A stretch of DNA of 32,969 bases from Burkholderiaceae bacterium (GTDB taxonomy: Bacteria > Pseudomonadota > Gammaproteobacteria > Burkholderiales > Burkholderiaceae_D). A program made the translations under genes and the position numbers. Each line of letters starts with the position of its first letter. The first letter of the stretch is position 1. The notes under the pieces were generated by a model that made no database searches, had not been told where the DNA came from, and saw only the letters and a list, made by a program, of their open reading frames with translations. This document shows positions 28,673 to 32,969 of the stretch, in pieces. The DNA lies in NCBI GenBank assembly GCA_014379395.1, contig JACMLV010000680.1, positions 1-32,969 on the forward strand, read 5' to 3'.

Positions 28673-29527
28673 ATGCAAGAAGCAAACACGCAACACCCGA
28701 CCAACGACGAACTGACCAAGTTCTCGCTCAAGGCATTCAAGGGCGTCGAAGCCGGACTCGGCCAGGCCGATCCGGTGGCAAGCATCGCCAAGACGCTCGA
28801 GGATAAATACCCCGGCCACCTGATCCTGGTCCAGGCCGGGAAATTTTTGCACGGTTACGACCGGACCGCCTACGCGCTGCACACGCTCAAACAATACAAG
28901 CTCAAGCTGGTCGGCACATCCGGCGCGCCGCATATCCGCGTCGGCTTCCCGGCCGGAAATTTCAAGCGCCGCCTGTGGCCGATGGTCGAGGAGTTCGGCA
29001 TTCCCTACGTCGTGTCGCTCGGCAGCCTGGCCGAGGGCCGCGCGGTGTACGTCTCCGACCAGGGCGACACCAACGCGGCCGTGCTGTCGGCGGTGTCGCG
29101 CGCCGTCGTCGAGGAAGTCATTCACGACCTGAAAATGCGGGGCGAACTCAACAAGGCAAGCGCCAAGCTGCTGCTGGCCAACCCGGACACATCCGGCTTC
29201 AAGCTGAAATCGCACGCCCAAGACCTCGACACCCAGCTGCTGCAAGACATCGTCAAGATGCCGCGCGACCTGCGCGTGACCTATGGCGAGAACCTGCGCA
29301 CCTGCATGGCCCGGATCATGCGCGGCATTTACTCCTACGGCCTCGAGGACAACAAGGTGGCGCTGCTCAAGTCGATCTCGGCCGACGTCGACCTGGTCAA
29401 GCACTACCTGGCGCAGGGCCAACGGCTAAGCGGACTGAAAGTCGCGTTCGAGCATCGAGCGGGCTTAGCCGTTGAACTTGGCCGGCTGGTCGGCGGACTC
29501 ATTCGTTCTGCGGGAACCCAGCCATGA
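28673..29527 (+). CDS. avd: DGR accessory protein: MutS-domain-I-like N-terminus fused to an Avd-like four-helix bundle
   Basis: N-terminal KYPGHLILVQAGKFLHGYDRTA...IRVGFP; C-terminal KMPRDLRVTYGENLR...ELGRLVGGLIRS; lies directly before TR and RT. Confidence 0.8.
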   Translation: MQEANTQHPTNDELTKFSLKAFKGVEAGLGQADPVASIAKTLEDKYPGHLILVQAGKFLHGYDRTAYALHTLKQYKLKLVGTSGAPHIRVGFPAGNFKRRLWPMVEEFGIPYVVSLGSLAEGRAVYVSDQGDTNAAVLSAVSRAVVEEVIHDLKMRGELNKASAKLLLANPDTSGFKLKSHAQDLDTQLLQDIVKMPRDLRVTYGENLRTCMARIMRGIYSYGLEDNKVALLKSISADVDLVKHYLAQGQRLSGLKVAFEHRAGLAVELGRLVGGLIRSAGTQP

Positions 29528-30807
29528 ACAACGAGGGGGAATTTCTGGAAGGTCGGGCAATGCGCTCGTGCGCGGCGGTTACTGGAACGACGGGGACAAC
29601 GCCGGCGTGTTCAATCTCAACAACGACTGGCCCGACAACCGCAACGACAATGTCGGCTTCCGCTGACCCAAAAATCACATGCTTAGACATCGGGCTTGCC
29701 CATGGAAAGCCTATTCTTGGTCGAAATTCTCCCGGGACAATCCCGAAAGCACGGCCCACGGCCAAACCGAAGACCGCTGCGGGGCTTCCGAGCGCCGCGG
29801 CGGAAAGCGGCCGCAATACGGAATCCGAATTCTTCCGCCGCACCAGCCTGGCCAGCCTGTTCGGCTACTGGACAAAGGCGAAGAAGAACAAGGGGCGCAG
29901 CCTGCGCGTGCAGCGCTTCGGCGACGACCCGCTGCGCTACCTGCTGGCCATCCAGGAGAGACTGCGCGCCCGCACCTACAGCTTCGGCCCGTACAAGGAA
30001 TTCATCGTAAAGGAGAAGAAGTTCCGCCACGTGGTCGACGCGCCGATGAAGGACCGCGTCGTGCACTGGATGCTGTACCAGTACATGCTGCCGATCTGGC
30101 AGTCGCGCTTCATCGCCAACACGTTCGGCAACCTGCCCGGGCGCGGCACGCACGCGGCGGTACGCCGCCTGGCGCAGTTCGCCCGCGCGCCGGCCAATGC
30201 CTGGGTGCTGCAGGTCGACATCTCAAAATACTTTTATTCCGTCAATCACTCGCTTTTGAAAGCGAGGGTGCTGCGCTACATCGGCGACCAGGACATCCGC
30301 ACGCTGCTGGTCGACCTGATCGACTCGTTCCGTACCGACGACCAGTACGACGACCTGTTTCCGTCCGACGGCATGTACCGCCAGACACGCGACAAGGGCA
30401 TGCCGATCGGCAACCTGTCGAGCCAGCTGTTCGCCAACATCTTCCTGAACGACTTCGACCACTGGGTGAAGCAGGATCTGCGCATCAAGCATTACATCCG
30501 CTACGTTGACGACATGGTGATCATGGCCGGGACGCGCGCCGAGCTGCTCGAGGTCAGCGCGAAGATCGTCGCAAAGCTGGCCGCCGACGGCTTGACACTG
30601 CACCCCAAAAAAATCCGGTTGGCGCCCACCGCTGCCGGCATCCCGTTCCTCGGATACATCGTCTGGCCGAACCACATTTCAGTCGGCACCTACGGCCGCG
30701 CGCGCCATCACCAGCGCCTGCGCCAGCACGAAACCGGCGGCTACGACCGCACCGAGGCACTCGCCTCTTACAAAGCAATGTTCAGCCACACCGGCGCATC
30801 AAACTAG
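29524..30807 (+). CDS. DGR reverse transcriptase
   Basis: KDRVVH, GRGTHAA, LQVDISKYFYSVNH, GMPIGNLSSQLFANIFL, YIRYVDD, FLGY; no maturase or endonuclease extension; start codon uncertain (29524, 29560 or 29650). Confidence 0.96.
   Translation: MNNEGEFLEGRAMRSCAAVTGTTGTTPACSISTTTGPTTATTMSASADPKITCLDIGLAHGKPILGRNSPGTIPKARPTAKPKTAAGLPSAAAESGRNTESEFFRRTSLASLFGYWTKAKKNKGRSLRVQRFGDDPLRYLLAIQERLRARTYSFGPYKEFIVKEKKFRHVVDAPMKDRVVHWMLYQYMLPIWQSRFIANTFGNLPGRGTHAAVRRLAQFARAPANAWVLQVDISKYFYSVNHSLLKARVLRYIGDQDIRTLLVDLIDSFRTDDQYDDLFPSDGMYRQTRDKGMPIGNLSSQLFANIFLNDFDHWVKQDLRIKHYIRYVDDMVIMAGTRAELLEVSAKIVAKLAADGLTLHPKKIRLAPTAAGIPFLGYIVWPNHISVGTYGRARHHQRLRQHETGGYDRTEALASYKAMFSHTGASN
29551..29665 (+). ncRNA. DGR template repeat (TR)
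   Basis: Has A at 35 of the 36 VR mismatches; 24 adenines, in 9 AAY, 5 GAC and 1 TAC codons; 3' end CGCTGACCCAAA differs from VR CGCTGCACCAAG (IMH* versus IMH). May extend 5' to the AA at 29549-29550. Confidence 0.97.
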
Positions 30808-30815
30808 GAATAAAC

Positions 30816-31046
30816 ATGAATAACTACCTATCAGGAGCCGAGCTCGCCACCCTGGTCGGATGCCGGGAAAACAGCTTCGCCTGCATGCGCCGCTGGCTGA
30901 CCCGCAATAAATGGCCCTTCGAAGTGAGCATCAGCGGGTTCCCCATTGTCGGCCGCGCATATCACGACGCGCGCATGTCGGGGATCGCCACCGACAAGAG
31001 TAAGATCAAGGCTCGGGTCGAACCAAACTTTGGAGCGCTGGCATGA
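30816..31046 (+). CDS. Excisionase-like protein (DUF4224-like)
   Basis: YLSGAELATLVG...MRRWL...GFPIVGRAY...EPNFGALA; ATGA overlap with the integrase. Confidence 0.8.
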   Translation: MNNYLSGAELATLVGCRENSFACMRRWLTRNKWPFEVSISGFPIVGRAYHDARMSGIATDKSKIKARVEPNFGALA

Positions 31047-32140
31047 TCGGACGTCGCAAATCCCCTGATGGACTGCCCTTCCGTCTATATGTGCGCTTCG
31101 GAAAGTTCAAGGTCAGCTATGGGTACAAGCTGGCCGACAACACCTGGGCGTTCCGGCTCGTCGCGACCGCGAACAATCCGGAAGCGGTGGCGACGATTCG
31201 CAAGGAGGCGATATCCCGCGCCGAGATCCTGAATGGAAAATTGCCGACGAACGGCAAGACCGACGCGCTGATCCAGAAGTATTTCGCCTGGCAAGAGGCG
31301 ATGCCGGTCACCAGCGAGGACCGCAAGGCCGCCATCACGCTCAAGGAAAACAAGGTCGAAGCGAAGAACCTGACCAAGGTATTCGGCGCGATGGATCCGG
31401 AGGATATCCTGCCCAAGGACATTTACGGCTACCTGAGCGACCGGCGCGACCGGGGCGCCCCGGCCAAGGCGAACAAGGAGATCGCGCTCCTGTCCGCCGT
31501 TCTTGAGTACGGCCGTCGCATCGGCGTGCTGAACGTCAACCCTTGCCGGGGCATCAAATACAACAAGACGAAGCCGCGCCAGAAGTACGTCGAAGAGCCG
31601 GATCTCGACTTTGCGCTGGCCGAGGCGCGGGTTCGCGGGGGCAGCTACCTTGTCCTGGCGTTGTGCCTGCACACCGCCTATCTGACCGTGAGCCGGCCCG
31701 ACGAGATGCGCGCCTTGACGCGCCTGAACATCAAGCCAGACGGGATCGAGGTCGCGGTTGGGAAGCGCAAGCCGGGCCAGGCGCAGCGCACCAAGCTGAT
31801 CCAATGGTCGCCCACCCTGCGCGCGGCGGTGACGGAGGCGCTCGCGCTGCAGCGCACGACCAGCATGTACGTCTTCGGCAACACCAGCGGCCAGGTGTAC
31901 ACCCGCAGCGGGTGGAACACGATCTGGACGCGCCTGATGAAATACTGCGAGGCGAAGGCGATCACGGAGGGCGTCGGATTCACCAGGTTCACCTTGGCCG
32001 ACATGCGCCCGACCGCCGTCACCGACCGCATGGAGGAAGGCGACGCGCAGATCATCGACGCGACAGGCCACAGCGACGGCAGAATGGTGGCCAAGGTGTA
32101 CGACAGGCGCAAAACCAAGACTGCGCGCGCTACGAAATAG
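31043..32140 (+). CDS. int: Tyrosine integrase
   Basis: ANKEIALLSAV and NPCRGI; candidate catalytic residues in SRPDE, DMRP, TGHSD and KVYDR; adjacent to the att site. Confidence 0.93.
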   Translation: MIGRRKSPDGLPFRLYVRFGKFKVSYGYKLADNTWAFRLVATANNPEAVATIRKEAISRAEILNGKLPTNGKTDALIQKYFAWQEAMPVTSEDRKAAITLKENKVEAKNLTKVFGAMDPEDILPKDIYGYLSDRRDRGAPAKANKEIALLSAVLEYGRRIGVLNVNPCRGIKYNKTKPRQKYVEEPDLDFALAEARVRGGSYLVLALCLHTAYLTVSRPDEMRALTRLNIKPDGIEVAVGKRKPGQAQRTKLIQWSPTLRAAVTEALALQRTTSMYVFGNTSGQVYTRSGWNTIWTRLMKYCEAKAITEGVGFTRFTLADMRPTAVTDRMEEGDAQIIDATGHSDGRMVAKVYDRRKTKTARATK

Positions 32141-32222
32141 GCCGGGATTTCTTTGGAAGATAGCGAAAACGGCCTAGCATTCATGCGGGTTTCAACTGAT
32201 CGCATATTCCAACAAATCAAGG

Positions 32223-32235
32223 CAACCATTTGATT
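32223..32235 (-). promoter_or_regulatory. Candidate IHF-binding site in the att arm
   Basis: Minus strand AATCAAATGGTTG matches WATCAANNNNTTR, 17 bp from the tRNA fragment. Confidence 0.55.
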
Positions 32236-32252
32236 TCATTGAATATTCGCAT

Positions 32253-32301
32253 AGGATTGTGATTCCTGTTGTCGTGGGTTCGAGCCCCATCAGCCACCCC
32301 A
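32253..32301 (+). pseudogene. 3' fragment of tRNA-His(GTG), prophage att site
   Basis: AGGATTGTGATTCCTGTTGTCGTGGGTTCGAGCCCCATCAGCCACCCCA: anticodon arm, T arm, 3' acceptor strand and CCA; the 5' acceptor strand and D arm are absent upstream. Confidence 0.9.
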
Positions 32302-32313
32302 TCAAATTCAAGC

Positions 32314-32344
32314 AAAAAGCCCGGTTCCCAAGACCGGGCTTTTT
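32314..32344 (+). terminator. Intrinsic terminator after the tRNA fragment
   Basis: AAAAAGCCCGGT-TCCCAAG-ACCGGGCTTTTT. Confidence 0.85.
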
Positions 32345-32969
32345 GCTTTTCGGCGCTGGTCAGCCATGCCCTTGTCCGTTTGATTCCAATCACAGCCGCT
32401 TTTCGGCCGGGATCGAGACTGGAAAAGCGCGACTCCACCGGATCGCGCGCTTCATTCGGGATGGCGCTTCCATGCAAAAAGACGATCGGCAAGGCAATCC
32501 TCAAGCGCCTGTGCCCGGCAATGACGCCGATATGGCCGGGGCCGGCGCGACCCCGGCCGGGGCGGATTTGGAACCGGGGCAAGGCGAGCCCACCTGGCAG
32601 CAACCGTGGGTGCGCTGGGTGGCGTGCTTGGCCGTCTTGTTCGGACTGAGCGGCTTGATCGGATTGTCAGCCACGTGGGTTATCGCCGAACGGGGGAACA
32701 ATCGCGTCCTCGAACGGATTGCTCTGGATGCGAGGCGGCCGCCACCCGAGGCTGTCACGAAGAAAAATGAAACGGGGCCGGATTTGGCGCGGCAACACGC
32801 CGCGCCCGCTGCCGCCACGCTCGACTTCCCGGTTGACGGCTCGGGCCAGCCAAACCGCCTCCCGCAACAAAGTGTCCAGACGAGGCCGGCCGACAACGAC
32901 GCCGTGGCCACGAATGCCTGCGCCACGGCGCCGGCCAAGCTTCAGTCCGGGGCGGCTGCGCGGCGCGCC

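Noticed and set aside
28673-29527. A mutS repair gene or pseudogene
   Set aside because: Only a domain-I-like segment is present, with no ATPase domain, and the C-terminus is Avd-like.
21878-29665. Four 115-bp repeats as a CRISPR array or simple duplications
   Set aside because: They are dispersed, have no repeat-spacer structure or cas genes, and differ almost only at adenines of one copy.
29472-29666. 64-aa ORF as a fourth target gene
   Set aside because: It is the TR read in the VR frame (Asn-rich), lacks the CLec body and downstream hairpin, and overlaps avd.
29524-30807. RT as a group II intron, retron or Abi RT
   Set aside because: It has the GNLSSQ motif typical of DGR RTs, no maturase/endonuclease extension, and an adjacent TR, Avd-like gene and adenine-mutated VRs.
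32253-32301. Intact tRNA-His gene
   Set aside because: The 5' acceptor strand and D arm are missing; upstream is AT-rich att-arm sequence.
32345-32969. ORFs in the host-side flank
   Set aside because: Short overlapping frames with no recognisable motifs or clear ribosome-binding sites; no call can be supported.

Overview
Almost the whole window (1 to ~32300) is the right-hand part of an HK97/lambda-like temperate siphophage prophage in a GC-rich bacterium; a betaproteobacterial host is my impression from the tRNA fragment and gene style, not a demonstrated fact. The minus strand carries the late operon (tape measure, tail and head genes, portal, terminases, HNH), a Q-like regulator, replication genes, CII and Cro. 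CI, candidate 15-bp operators and two or three accessory genes sit at 18.3-20.4 kb. The rightward early operon (20.4-32.1 kb) ends in xis-int and a 3' tRNA-His fragment (att site). That operon holds a complete diversity-generating retroelement (DGR): one 115-bp template repeat (29551-29665), a DGR reverse transcriptase, an apparent MutS-domain-I/Avd fusion, and three C-type-lectin/FGE-fold target genes. Their variable repeats differ from the template almost only at adenines (35 of 36 mismatches) and each is followed by a conserved hairpin. The targets are not tail genes. They have different N-terminal modules and bracket a PRTRC ubiquitin-like cassette (E, C/Ubl, F, B/E2, A/JAB, ThiF/E1). The best candidate for an undescribed system is this coupling: hypervariable binders acting as substrate adaptors for a phage ubiquitin-like conjugation pathway. 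That functional link is inference only. All family calls are from motif recognition by eye, without database searches.
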